Positions 25,301 to 37,445 of a stretch of 64,000 nt of DNA are shown piece after piece. Position 1 is the stretch's first letter; every line of letters starts with the position of its first letter. The notes beneath the pieces are model-generated. The model did not search any database and was not told the origin of the DNA. It saw only the letters and a program-made list of their open reading frames with translations. The stretch spans positions 70,556,001-70,620,000 of the forward strand of contig NW_026262701.1 of the NCBI RefSeq assembly GCF_021869535.1, read 5' to 3'. The position numbers were made by a program, and so were the translations under genes. The stretch comes from Mytilus californianus (taxonomy: Eukaryota).

Positions 25301-28300
25301 ACAAAATTATGAACGAAAAAAACATATGTAACACAGCAACAAACGACAACCACTGAAATAAAGGCTCCTGACTTGGGACAGGCACATACAGAATGTTGCG
25401 GGGTTAGAGTAGTTCGAAGGCCAACCCTCCACCTATTCAATTGACTTTTTTGAACAGTGAACTTTGGATATCTGTGATATTTTTTTGTTTTAATATTCTT
25501 TGAAATAACTGTCACTCAAGACCAACAGGCTAACGAAACAATTCGAAATATGGTGGCGAGTTACCCCAAATCCATGGGATAACTCGCCACATAAGATGTG
25601 AAAAGTCATTCAAGTTTTGGCTCTTATTATTGAATATAAACATACAGTTGCTATTGGTATTTGTAAAACTCTGTATACACTTGAGTATCACATGAAAACG
25701 TTTCACGAAAGTTGCGAGGGGAAGATGCAGTAGCTTGAATAGTTCTTATGGTGGCGAGTTACCCTATGTTCCCCTATATATACCTGAATGGCTAAGTTGT
25801 ACTATAAAGCAAGCGTACATGGACTTTCTTGTAAAAGAAAATCCTTAATCTTATCAAAATCTTCTGAAATGTTCTGCTATTGAATTAGTGTTTTCCCGTA
25901 CTCTTATTTGTCGATAGCTTTTCCGTATACAGTGATTTTAACCACGAGACCTCTCGTTAGAACTTCGACAACCGCAAAGGTCAAGTGCGAGGGGAAACCC
26001 GTGATTAAACGAATGTAAACAAACGTGCACTGGATGGTAAATTATGTTAATTGATTCTGAAAGAACAATGTTATACACCAAATAATCGAACAACTGTTAT
26101 GGCAAAGTTTAATTAACAAATGGAGAATTATGGTAAATATAAAAAAAATTATCATCGCTTTATCAACTTACTTATTTTTCACGTGGTCCACAATTCTGTG
26201 TTGATTGTTTATCAAGGTCACAGTCCGGTAAACATCGGCAACAAAACCGAAATGTAAATAGTAGGCGATCAACAGTAACTGAAGTAAATATGTTGTCGAT
26301 TATACGTTAGTAGTTCGTAATAAATATAAAAAAACGTGCATACAGGACTTAGTTAAGTATATATGCATGCATTAATTCAATGATTTTCTTAACATTATGT
26401 TTACAAGATACTCGTTTCGAATGACTTTGATAGAACACATGTATACAGTCGACTATAAGGATTGTAGGGGTGTGTCAATGGCTCTATTTTGGTATAAAAA
26501 TTGAAGTTATCATACAATCTTAAGAATTTGTCCTGAAAAACACTATATGTATTTACAATTTCTTAATTATTAGAAAATCGACCAAAACCTTGTATTTTCT
26601 TTTTTCTGTAGTAAGAATAGATATGCTCATTCATGTTTTCAAAATTGCTATACTGTAGTCAATAAACGCATTTGCGCCAATTTTTGAAAAACGCAGTATT
26701 TCATTTGCGCCACAGGGTTTTATTTCAATTAAATTCAATTCAATGAATATTTTATATTATGCTATCTCAACTTTGTTGCAACATTATGATTAAAAGTCTC
26801 TTTTTAATATTGATCTATTATTAATACTATTTACATGTATTATTGGCGCAAAAATGAACTGTATCATTTTGGCGCAAATGAAAGATATTTTTAGCGTAAA
26901 TGAAATACCAAAAGGCGCAAAAGCAAAGCACCACATTAAACTACCCGTTGTTTTTTATCATGTTAACCTTAACAGCATATATGTATACTGTACATGCATG
27001 TACAACCTTCAAAGAATAATTTGGCCGACTAAAGGTCTTATCGCACCGTACATTTTACCCTGTTCGATAATTATGAATTTTATGACAATGTCAAAATTGG
27101 TAAGCGAAAACTTCTTTTCGATTTTGACAATCGACTAAAGTTTTTTAATGGAGTTTGTGGTCTTTTGATCATAAAAAGGGAAAGGACGAATGAATCTTAA
27201 CATGTTTTATGGTCAGTTCATAACAGTTTCACCAAATGTCTTGTAATGTATAATCTTAACCAATGAACCCTTTTTCATTTTGAAGATTTTCTGTTTTGTT
27301 AATATAAAAATAAGGAGATGTGGTATGATTGCCAATGAAACAACTATCCACCAAAGTTCAAATGAAGTGGATGTAAGCAATTTAGAAATTATTAAGAAAA
27401 TACGGTTTCAATCTGTCATGCAAAGTTGACCTAAAATGGATTTGGCTATTATTTTTATGTCCTTTTTGGTCATTTGGATCTTTAACTATTTCGGTTCTTA
27501 TACATCCTTAGCTTTCAAATATTCGTCTTTGAGCGTTCCTGGTGAAGGGAAATCCAGAAGCATGAAATTTATGGTGTTGTTTTCTCATTTTATACTAAAG
27601 AAATGAACTGAATATGCACTGAGTAACATTCTATGTAAATTACCGTTTCACAGATGATATCGGATATGTTCCTTATGTCGTAACTACAATACCCTTACAT
27701 TTTCACGAATGTGATTTACCGAATTAGACTATTTACCAGATTTGTAATAACATAAGCAACACGACGGGTGCCACATGTGGAGCAGGATCTGCTTACCCTT
27801 CCGGAGCACCTGAGATCACCCCCAGTTTTTGGTGGGGTTCGTGTTGCTTAGTCTTTAGTTTTCTATGTTTTGTCATCTGTACTATTATTTGTCTGTTTGT
27901 CTTTTTATTTTTGGCCATGGCGTTGTCAGTTTGTTTTCGATCTATGAGTTTGACTGTCCCTCTGGTATCTTTCGTCCCTCTTTTACACACGAATTCATGA
28001 GGTGCGCTAATATATCAAGTAACAAAAAAAAAACAGTTTAATATTTTTTTGGGCTTCTTTCTAGCAACTAATGTGGCCTTCCTGGCAAAAGTACGAGGAT
28101 ATATAAGTTTAAATGACAACGAGGTCATTAAGTTTGAAGATGTCGACTTAAACCTGGCAAACTCACTTGATGGCAATTTAGGTGTGTTTCAAAGTCCAAC
28201 TACAGGATTTTATGTCTTTATTGTTAATTTCCTTTCGATGAAATCAAAGTTCATAGAAGCTCAAATAATAAGAAATGGTGTATCAATTCAAGATGTGTAT

Positions 28301-28468
28301 GCTGGTGATGAAACCCATTATGGATTTGGATCGAACATCGCAATAGTAGAACTGGATAAAGGAGACCTAGTATGGGTGAAAGTTGATCGCGGATTTCATG
28401 ACACTGGTAACATTCTTGATGGACCATATTGTTCATTTGCTGGGTTTCTGCTATATCCTAGTGCTTGA
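19359..28468 (+). CDS. C1q domain-containing protein D, 5'-partial; join(19359..19609,28065..28468)
   Basis: Coiled-coil exon ends HNKRITISN C|GTAAGT, homologous to the HNKRV.TTN C|GTATGT end of A/B. Phase-1 acceptor TTCTTTCTAG|CA at 28064 leads into an intact gC1q exon. No in-frame ATG precedes 19359, so a signal-peptide exon is presumed but was not located. Confidence 0.8.
19834..20187. mobile_element. Tc1/mariner-type MITE with TA target duplication and internal ~27-bp tandem repeats
   Basis: TA|CTGTGGATTCATT ... AATGAATCCACAG|TA; internal GATTGAGGAAAACATGAATTTTCGTG repeats. Confidence 0.8.
22597..24511 (+). pseudogene. Transposase pseudogene: HTH-psq + CENP-B HTH + DDE_1 + C-terminal PHD finger
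   Basis: MARKKKG..WSMAAMENAILAVRGGM/KKASVLYNVPRSTL; FNADESG, LILDGHASH and LQPLD with 35 aa between the last two D; YCAFCDGYC..WVKCTKCQDWYHESC. Frameshifts near 22693 and 23615; stops at 24299 and 24314. Confidence 0.9.
24598..25179. mobile_element. ~580-bp MITE (AGGAGTAGG TIR, possibly Kolobok-like) nested in the pogo element; second copy inverted at 59441-60021
   Basis: AAGGAGTAGGTCCGGTAAG ... CTTACTGAACCTACTCCTT. The copy at 59441 is preceded by TTAA. Confidence 0.7.
27643..27984 (+). mobile_element. Longest 3' fragment of the Penelope-like repeat (RT C-terminus VSQMISDMFLMS* plus structured 3' region)
   Basis: Homologous to the copies at 533 and 44803; 12-bp closing stem at 27753-27764/27839-27850. 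Confidence 0.7.
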
Positions 28469-30455
28469 ATAAACCCATAAATTTATACATCTTTTTTCAT
28501 TTTACTACCTGTTCTGCTGCTATTCTGACCATTTTTTTTCCAAAGATTTTATCATGAGCATACCAGATGAAGGATTTTGAGCAACACGTATTGAATTTGT
28601 GTGCACAGATATCATATCAAATGTTGTTTTACTAGCACTGGGTGTCGCTGCTGGTTTATCATCAAGTCTCGAATGAACCAGTAGTCAGTGTTTCGTTATC
28701 GGCCCATTTAGATAACACACTTTGTGCATAATAAAATGTACTTGTCCTAAAAACAATGGTTGCAACTCCTCAGCCAAAGTTGATCTTATTAATGTTTTAG
28801 CTATTATATTGCATGGTGGTTCAAAATGTTATACATTATACATTTTTGACTTTCCAAGCTTTTGGTCATGAAGGAACTTGAATTAAAAGGTGGTGTGCAT
28901 GGGTGTCATAAAAATTTGTCAATTTCCCATGCTTTAAAACGTTTCTACAATGACAATTGATAGTTTAGCCCATCCACATGTTCGTATGCTGGTCCCATGT
29001 TATGAACCTTCCCAGTAGTTGTCTCTTTTTATTTCTTTTTGTCTTGTTAAATTGTGTCTGTGGGATTCAGTGTTTATGACAGACCTTTGAAAATCCCTGT
29101 TAAATTATTCACATTTTTTTTAGACTTCTGCGATTTAAGGCTTGACATATAGTACAGACACATGTCTGTTGTTGAAGGCCTTATATTCATCTTCTATGAT
29201 GTTATTTATGCGTTTGTGTGTTTGTGTTGCTGTCTCTTTGGTGAATACCCTATATCTTTTTTTTGTTCACATCCACAAAGTTGAATATGGGAGTTAAATT
29301 GCCCAAAACTAAGTCTTTGTGTATACATCACAGGTTTTTTGTGTTTTTTTATTTGTCTCGTTTGTGTATTATTCTAAAGGTTTATACTTTCTGAAACATT
29401 CAGCGTCGAAATATAGTTAGCTCTTCCGAGGCACCCGAGTTCGACTCCAGGTTTTAGTGGGTTTAATATTGTTTTATCTCTTATTTTCTGTCAAGTGTTT
29501 CGTGGACATCGTTCTTTTACTATGGTGTTATTAGGCTGGTCCTCTCCCTTGCAACATACGGGTACCTGAGACACCCTTATTGTGTATATCTGTCAGAGCC
29601 AAACATATAAAGGACAGGGAACCAATCTATGGTGTAATCTGTTTTTTTTTTATTTATAGTTTTTGATTGCCCCTTTGGTATCGTCTCCCTCTTTTAAAAA
29701 ATCAGTTTGGCTGTCCCTATTACTATATGGCCTACTTTATCGTTCTTTTAAACAATTGATTTTAGCCACTTAATTCGTGTGTTTAGAACATATCTTATCT
29801 GCTCGAAGGTTTATAGGTCAATGACGAATCCAAGATTTATAAACTTTGGTGTACAAATTTAGACTTAAAGATAATTGTTTCACAAATGTAATACACGGAT
29901 TTCCATACTGTAGAATAAAAAAAAAACACACCTATCGTTTTTGAGAGCCTGAACATTATAAATAAGAGTATAATTGTTTAATATGCATACCACCTAAAAT
30001 GTATATATATATATATGGACTTAATTATAAATAATGGTATATAAAATATTTATAATCTGTTTTTATCGATGATTTCTCTTGACGTTTAACACTAGTGTAG
30101 CAGGTAATAGGGACCCTTCCTGACCTTCCGAGTTAACACATGCTTTTTGATGGAAGATCGTCGTGCTAAGACTTCTCTGAAGTTCTCTTTGTAGTGCATT
30201 ATGGACTATTATTTATCCTTTCATCGTTTTGCCATGATGTTGCCTTTCGTTATTTGACTTATGCTTTTGATGGCCCTTGTGTCTTGTCGAAGTAATTTTG
30301 TACAATGGATAAAAAACCACAAGGAAACCACTCTGGAAAATATCGGATTTTTAAAAAATTGAACTAGGCAACGGTATCGGGCACCAAATCTCCCACCTCA
30401 GTAATATGGAACAGCTTGAGTCCACTTTTGTAAACTTCGTAAAATTAAATGTAGG

Positions 30456-30641
30456 TTAGACTTTTACCTCGAATTTGACACAAGTGCCAGACTCTATGAC
30501 AAACGAGACGATTTTAATTTTGAAATTATAATTATATATATTATCTCGACCTTTTTCTGAAAAAGTTCATCGGAAGATACCAAGACCTTGTTGATAAATA
30601 TTCCGTATCAACATCATAAATAATACATGATAGCCTTGACT
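30456..30641 (+). mobile_element. Internally deleted Penelope-like reverse-transcriptase relic
   Basis: Translates LDFYLEFDTSARLYDKRDDFNFEII..FLKKFIGRYQDLVDKYSVSTS*. YDKRDDF and K.F.GRY.DLV are motifs I recall from this RT clade. Confidence 0.7.
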
Positions 30642-33600
30642 AAAGATTCGAGGTACTGACGTTGTTTATCATCTTATTTACGCGTTATAGTGTTCTTTTT
30701 ATCTGTCTTTAATACATTTTTGACCTTTACTGTTTAGTCCATTTTTGGTATATACTTTAGGCGTGGCTAGGTATTTATATATCCCGCCATTGTGTTATTG
30801 TGCTATGGTCATTTTTGCCCGTATTCTCGTATTTCATTTTTGCTTATATACTTTGTCTATAGAGTGTCTATATGCCATTTTGTTGTTCTTTGTTGAAATA
30901 CTAGTAGTTATTTGTTTTTATAGTGTTTAAGATTATAACACAATGTTGACTGCTGTTCCCCAATTTTTGACATTTTTACCTTTTATGTCTGTTTATTTTG
31001 CTTACACAATGGAATTTTACGCGACTGTCAAACAAGTGAGAGGTTTAGCTAGCTATAAAACCAGGTTTAATCTACCATTTTCTACATAACTTGACAAGGA
31101 AATGCCAAGTCAGGAATATGACATTTGTTTTCCATTCCTTTGATGTGTGTTAGAGCTTTTGATTTGACCATTTGATAAGGGGACTATCCGTTTTGAATTT
31201 TCCTTGGAGTTCGGTATTTTTTTTTTAATTTTACTTTTTAAAGATAATTTAATGTATGTTTAAAGATTAATGTATGAGGGTATTCATTATAAATGTTCAT
31301 AATCAAATAGAACTATATCACTTAGAATTGATGAAATATGAATAAAAAGTTATGCACATCTCAGATAGATTTAAGTAGTCCGTGCTACGGTAATGACAAG
31401 ATTTTAAATATACCTTTCTTCGATTCTCCGTGATAGATTTAGAAATTATAAATAAGAATCTGAGGTTCTTATCCCCATAGGCAAAGTTGACCATAGATAA
31501 ATTTGGCTATTCTTTTTATGTCCCTTTTGGTCATTAAGCCCCTTACGTGTTCAGGTAGGCTTTCAAATTTTGGGTACGAGGCTTCCTGTTAAAGGTATAT
31601 CCAGAAAAAGTCCCTTCGAAGGAATCGAATAGATTAAGTGCAATTTTCATTTCATGACATAAAACCGGAAATGGAGACCGGTGGGACTTTCCATCACGTT
31701 GTTAGAACCAATTTTCTTGCTCAACTCCTGCTTGATTTGATTCATCAGGCGTATTACAAGTGCAATACCAGACCAATTTGTGTTTTAATATGGATTTTAT
31801 TGGTACCATCGGTTCAAATTACATAACGGAAAATAGCCGGGTTGAAACAGTACATGTATGTCAAATATCAGTCAATATGTTGAAACAGAATGAATCCAAT
31901 ACATCAATTGTATAACATTTCGAAGGAAAAGCGATTTTTATAGGATTTTTTGTGCGTTTTTAATAAATTCTTAAATATTGAAAAAATAAGTTAAACGATT
32001 TTTTATTTGATTAAATCACAGAACATGATACGTGTTATTAGTAGGGATGAGTAATTGTGACACCAGGTACACAAGCCTTTAATATCATGAATTTATCATA
32101 TTAAACTTTGCAAAAACAATTATTTTTCTTTTGAAATTTTTAAGAGTTCTAGTTTTTACGGTTTATAACCGGGACTATGATTCTAGAATAAGTTGTATAG
32201 GTGTCAAAATTATATTATCATTGAAGTTCGAAAAAAAAAAAACAACTTACAAGACATTATAGAGCTAAAACGGATCAACAAAGCGAACATAAACACTCAC
32301 AAACATGTTTAACCCCGCTACATTGTTTATGGGCCTGTCCCAAGTCAGCAGCCTGTAATTCAGTGGTTTTCGTTGGTTCATGTCTGTCATATTTGTTTTT
32401 CGTAAATCGTATGGTCATAAATAAGGCCATAAGTTTTCTTGTTTGAATTGTTACACACTTTTCATTTCAGGATATTTTATAGCTGACTATACAATATATG
32501 ATTTTTTTCAATTTTGAAGGCCGTACGGTTGCATACAATTGCTTACATTCACTTCATTTGAACTCTGGTTTAGAACGCCACATCTGTCTTATGTGGAACT
32601 CTTATATTACGTTATGTTGTTTTATTATTACTTGATGATATGTTGTCTTTACATAATGATGTTTTGATATAACTCAATAGAGATTTCCAATAAAATGACA
32701 TACGTACCTAACTCGACGTACGCACGTAACGGGACCGGTTATTGCTAACCTATTAATTTTGTTAAATGTGTCACTTAAGTTTTAACTAAGTATACCTAAA
32801 CTATTAAACCCATTCATGATAAATTTTATCAATATCAAGTATTTCTAAGATGATGAAAAACGAAAGAAATCATGATTATTGAGATTCCCGCTAAAACTTC
32901 ACTGTCATAAGACCACGTATATACACGTATCTTTACCTATCATACAATTGATTTGAGTCGTCTATCATGGTTTTGACCATGACTTTGTTTTTCGATATAC
33001 TTTGCAAATGAACCTTTTATTATTTAATATTTGACATGCTTTTATTTGTCGTTATCAGATTGGTGTCCCTTTTTCCTTTCGTCTCTTAATGTTTTATAAT
33101 ATTTAATTTCCGTGGGTATTTATTATGAGAGAGAGATTTTTCTAGCAATTTCAGAAATATCGAATTCAAAGTGTTAGTCGGAATTTATCTCTGTTAAAGT
33201 TGATTACTGGGATTGCATCATACTTTAATAGGTATCATTTCAAACGTTCTCTTCTTCTGCAGTTAATCTTGTTGTTTTACAACGTCCGATTTTTTTCCCA
33301 GGGAAAACGTTCGACAAAGGGATGTGTATATTTTAAAAATTATTAATACGGGTCTTGTACTTCTTTAAATTTTAATAGTTGACATACACGTTTCTTTCAA
33401 ATGAAAGTCAACTAACATTAAAAAAAAAGGAAAAGGAATTTTGTAATTAATAATGATATATGTAAATAAATGTGTACACCAATTCGTTATATAGATTGTA
33501 ATTTGGAAGGTGTACTTGATTAGCAATTGATGACTAATCTGCATATAAACATTGACCGCTATCAATTTATAGTACATAGTAATTGGCTTAAATTTGTCCT

Positions 33601-35333
33601 GACCAAAAATTCCATGTGTAAACCAAGCTCTCTGAATGAAGGTTTTTCCAGGTTGTTCTTATGTCGTGCTGTTGCACCACTGTCCCAGGCTTAGGGGGAG
33701 GGGCTTGAGCACTCATTCCTTATGTGCCTGTCCCATATCAGGAGCCTGTGGTTCACTTGTTGACGTTGGTTCATATCTGTTATATTTGTTTTTCGTAAAT
33801 TGTTTTGTTTTAAATCAAGCCGGTAGTTCTCTCAATTGAATTGTTTCATATTTTTCAACTTGGTTCCTTTTAAAGTCGACTATACGGTATTGATTTTTCT
33901 CATTAATGAAGGCCGTACAGTTGCCTATCATTGCTTACATCCACTTCATTTCTTATTGGCAATCATACCATATCTCCTTTTTTTATACTTTTTTTTTTAA
34001 CTAAATACGTTTAATATTATCAGGTAATTTAACATGTAAGAATTATCTTTCAGTACCTGTGGGTACTTTAAGATCGGTACTCTGTGTCTTTCATTATAAA
34101 AATGTAATTGTTTTGGGCTTAATTCAATATTGATTAGTTGAGCTGTTTCCAACTGAATTTTACAGGTTTTTTTTTCTTATATTGTGCTGTTACACCAGAG
34201 TGTTGAGCGCTGGTAAACGCGTTTAATCAGGCCAAATTCTATATTGGCTTTCCCAAGTCAGGAGCTTTCAATTCAGTGGATGTCGTTGGTTACTTTCTGT
34301 CATTTTTGGGTTAATTTTACTCTTGTAAAAATGTTTATTTTCGGTTGAACTGTTTACATTTTTCAAAGTCAATGCCTTATATACTAGTATCTGATAATAC
34401 GGTATGAGTATTTGCTTATTGTTGACGACAGCACGAGCCATTGTTGTCGTAATTCACGCCATTTGGACTCTGTTTGATAGTAGGACGCTCCACACGGATC
34501 CAGGTATATACATGTCGGAGTGTAAGGAATAAATCGAAAAAAGAATGCATGCTAAGCATACTAATGCTTATGAAGAGAAAATTGAAAATATTTGTTGAAC
34601 GGACAGACTGGCGGACGGACAGACAGGGTGATTGTAATACGAGCGCGGGTTCAATATTTTGTCAGTGTATGTATCTTAGATGCTAGTAGTAAGGAAGTCT
34701 GGATCAAAACGGGGTAATCATTATTTGTTACAAAATATTTTATACTATTTAGAATAATAATTGCATGCCTACTTGATATTAATACAATAGCAAGTCACAA
34801 GGATAATGGAAGCTGTGAAACACCATTTTACAATAAAAACTAAGCTTTTTGATACACAGAAACAAGGAGAAAAATCAAACAAATTATGCAACAAAACAAG
34901 TGTTGCTAGAATAGTAATATATGCACATAAAGCATAAAATATATAAACAGGTTTTTATTAAATATGGGATTGACTGGTAGCAGGCTAGCCTCGATTACGG
35001 GTTCAATTATTTTGTTGGACCCCCTGACCGAATGATTTTAAGACTGGATTTTTCGGCTTCTCCACCAAGCATGATGCATTCACGAGTAAGAGCAGGTGTT
35101 GGTTTAATCGAAGAAAGACAAGCGTGTCTTTGTATCGGGTACGCTAATTTAACTAGCATATACAAATGAGACTGTAAGTGTTGTTCATGTACAAAAAGGT
35201 ATAATCATTTATCATTATCATTTCATCATCCTTAATATATATGTAATATTTGTCGCTGGATATAAGACATACATCAGTACTATATGTCCCCATTCAAATG
35301 CATTGATCGTCAAAATAAAAGGGGGGGGGGGTT

Positions 35334-35417
35334 CCAACTTTGAGACAAACCCCCATTTTACTATCCACACAAGTTTCTTAGTGTGGATAGTAAAATGGGG
35401 GTTTGTCTCAAAGTTGG
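35334..35417. repeat. Perfect 37-bp inverted repeat with 10-nt spacer
   Basis: CCAACTTTGAGACAAACCCCCATTTTACTATCCACAC-aagtttctta-GTGTGGATAGTAAAATGGGGGTTTGTCTCAAAGTTGG. Confidence 0.95.
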
Positions 35418-37307
35418 TAAAATCACTCGAAACTAGGTGAGACATGCGCAGTAGTGATAGATATGTAGTATAAATATAGAAAATTGAATATTTTAATCAA
35501 CAAAAAAAAAATTTAAAAAAAATTTCTGTATCATATACCCAAGCGCCTGTGGAGAAAAGCAAGACCTTGTGTCATGTCAAAAGCACAGAGTGTCTGTAGG
35601 ACTATTAGTGTTCATAACTGTTTATCAGATTATATGTAGTTTCTATAAAATGTAATGATAATTCATCAGTAAAAGATACATGATTATTTGTTAGTGGAAT
35701 TATATATAGCTAAATAAATGAATATTTATATTAACAGAAACATCAGAAAAAAAATATGTGTCCATTAGATTACACGCCAGTATAACATTTCCGTGTAAAG
35801 TGAGCTCTAAATCAGGGAAAAATTCCAATTCAGTATATAGTCCTAAACTTTTAAATCTCGTGAGAGATGTCTAAATTTATGTTCAAACATTGTTGTTTTT
35901 AAATCGTATTTATCAAAGTCAAACGACAATCATTTAATTTTTTTTTTGGTGCTATACAATTTGTGATTATGGCCGGATCCAAGATATTTGAAAGAGGGCG
36001 TAGTTCCCGATACTGCCGAGCGGAGCAACGCGAAAAAAAATGGACGATTTTATACTTAACATTTGTATAGATAACGTGGAAAACGTGAGATTTTCAAAAT
36101 TATTTGGCGATCGAAAGGGGGGAGTACGCCCTCTACCCCTGTATCTGCGAATGCATGTTTAGGTATACATGGACAAAAACCTCGTCCCATGCATTATTAT
36201 AGTTCAAGACTAAAAAGTACTATTTGATAAGTGTATCAATGATGTGAATTTCTGCCCACGTCAAATTATCTTGAATTAAATTATAGAATTTTTTTTTTTA
36301 AAGTCGCGTACACCTTTTACATTCGGGTGTGTTGGAATCTACTTTTAAACGTTAAAACTTATAAAAACATAAAAAGAGATAACCTTCTCGCTTCGGATTT
36401 CATTATTTTAATATTTTCATGCTAAATTCTTACTTGGTAGTTTTTAAAATTCATATTTTGAGAAGAACTGAAATATGGGTACAGTGAAATGACAAGAAAT
36501 GATGGGTGTATTTGATTACAAGTTGCTAGCTTACGTATTCCATTAAAATATTTTTGTCAATAAAATCATTCAAAATTTAAGAACAAAATATTTGAAGATT
36601 AAAAAAAGTAGTTTACATTAAGTCTATATCAACAAAAAATGCGTGTTCAAAGAGCAAAAAATGCATGCAGTTTATGCCCCCCTCCGTCATGCTTCAATGC
36701 AATGGGACGAAATACGTTGAGTTAGGTCGGTTATGTCGAGTAAAGTCATTTTATTGGAAATCTCTACTATGGCATAGTCATTACTTAATGATATTTCGAT
36801 ATTTCACGATATGGTTTCGTATTGACTTGATATAGTTTTATCATTACTTGATATGGTTTTGTCATTAATCAATGTGGCTTTGTCATTAGTCGATGTGGTT
36901 TCACCTTTATTTAATGTGGTTGTTTCATTAGGCAATGTGGTTTTTACATTACTTGATGTGTATGTGACTTAACGTAATGTAGTTGTTTCATTACATGATG
37001 TGGTTTTGTTGTTTCGTAATGATGTCTGTTCGTTCCAATTCAAGTTAACTTGCAGGTTGAAGTAAATTTTCCAAGTTCACTATCATTATGTACATTTACA
37101 CAATATGTGTTATATGCATCAGAGTGTGAATTATAAAAAAGTCATTAAATTATCATGTTAGTCGCAGTGTTAGTCATATACATTTTATTCAATAAAACTG
37201 GACAGCAGGACTTTTTCTGACTTAATCATTTTTCTGTTCATAAACTATATATATGTGCATGTATTATTGTATCTATCTACATGGTGAATTTGGTGATCTA
37301 CTTACCC

Positions 37308-37411
37308 ATATGTATTTGCTATCTACCACATATTCACTTCTTGCCTATTATTTAAGCTATAATAGCTTAACTAATAGGCAAGTGAATATGTGGTAGATAG
37401 CAAATACATAT
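37308..37411. repeat. 104-nt foldback hairpin inside the MULE, just upstream of the first detected transposase exon
   Basis: ATATGTATTTGCTATCTACCACATATTCACTT(CTT)GCCTATT pairs with AATAGGCAAGTGAATATGTGGTAGATAGCAAATACATAT; inner stem TTAAGCTA/TAGCTTAA. Confidence 0.9.
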
Positions 37412-37445
37412 TTCAGTTAATGAAGCAATTTCTCTTCTTTTAAAG

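Larger units (their letters stand above)
20792..25774 (+). mobile_element. pogo-superfamily DNA transposon (DD35D, Fot-like/Passer type), ~5.0 kb, inside the intron of C1qDC gene D
   Basis: TA|GGGGAAAGTGGGGTAACTCGCCA ... TGGCGAGTTACCCTATGTTCCCC|TA (19/23 TIR match, TA on both sides); internal transposase. Confidence 0.9.

Noticed and set aside
27766-27850. HDV/CPEB3-like ribozyme fold in the Penelope-like 3' end
   Set aside because: A P1-like helix (GGGUGCC/AGCACCU, G-U start) exists, but L3 would be ~10 nt, P2 is weak and competes with the 12-bp outer stem, and there is no C-N-R-A J4/2 strand.
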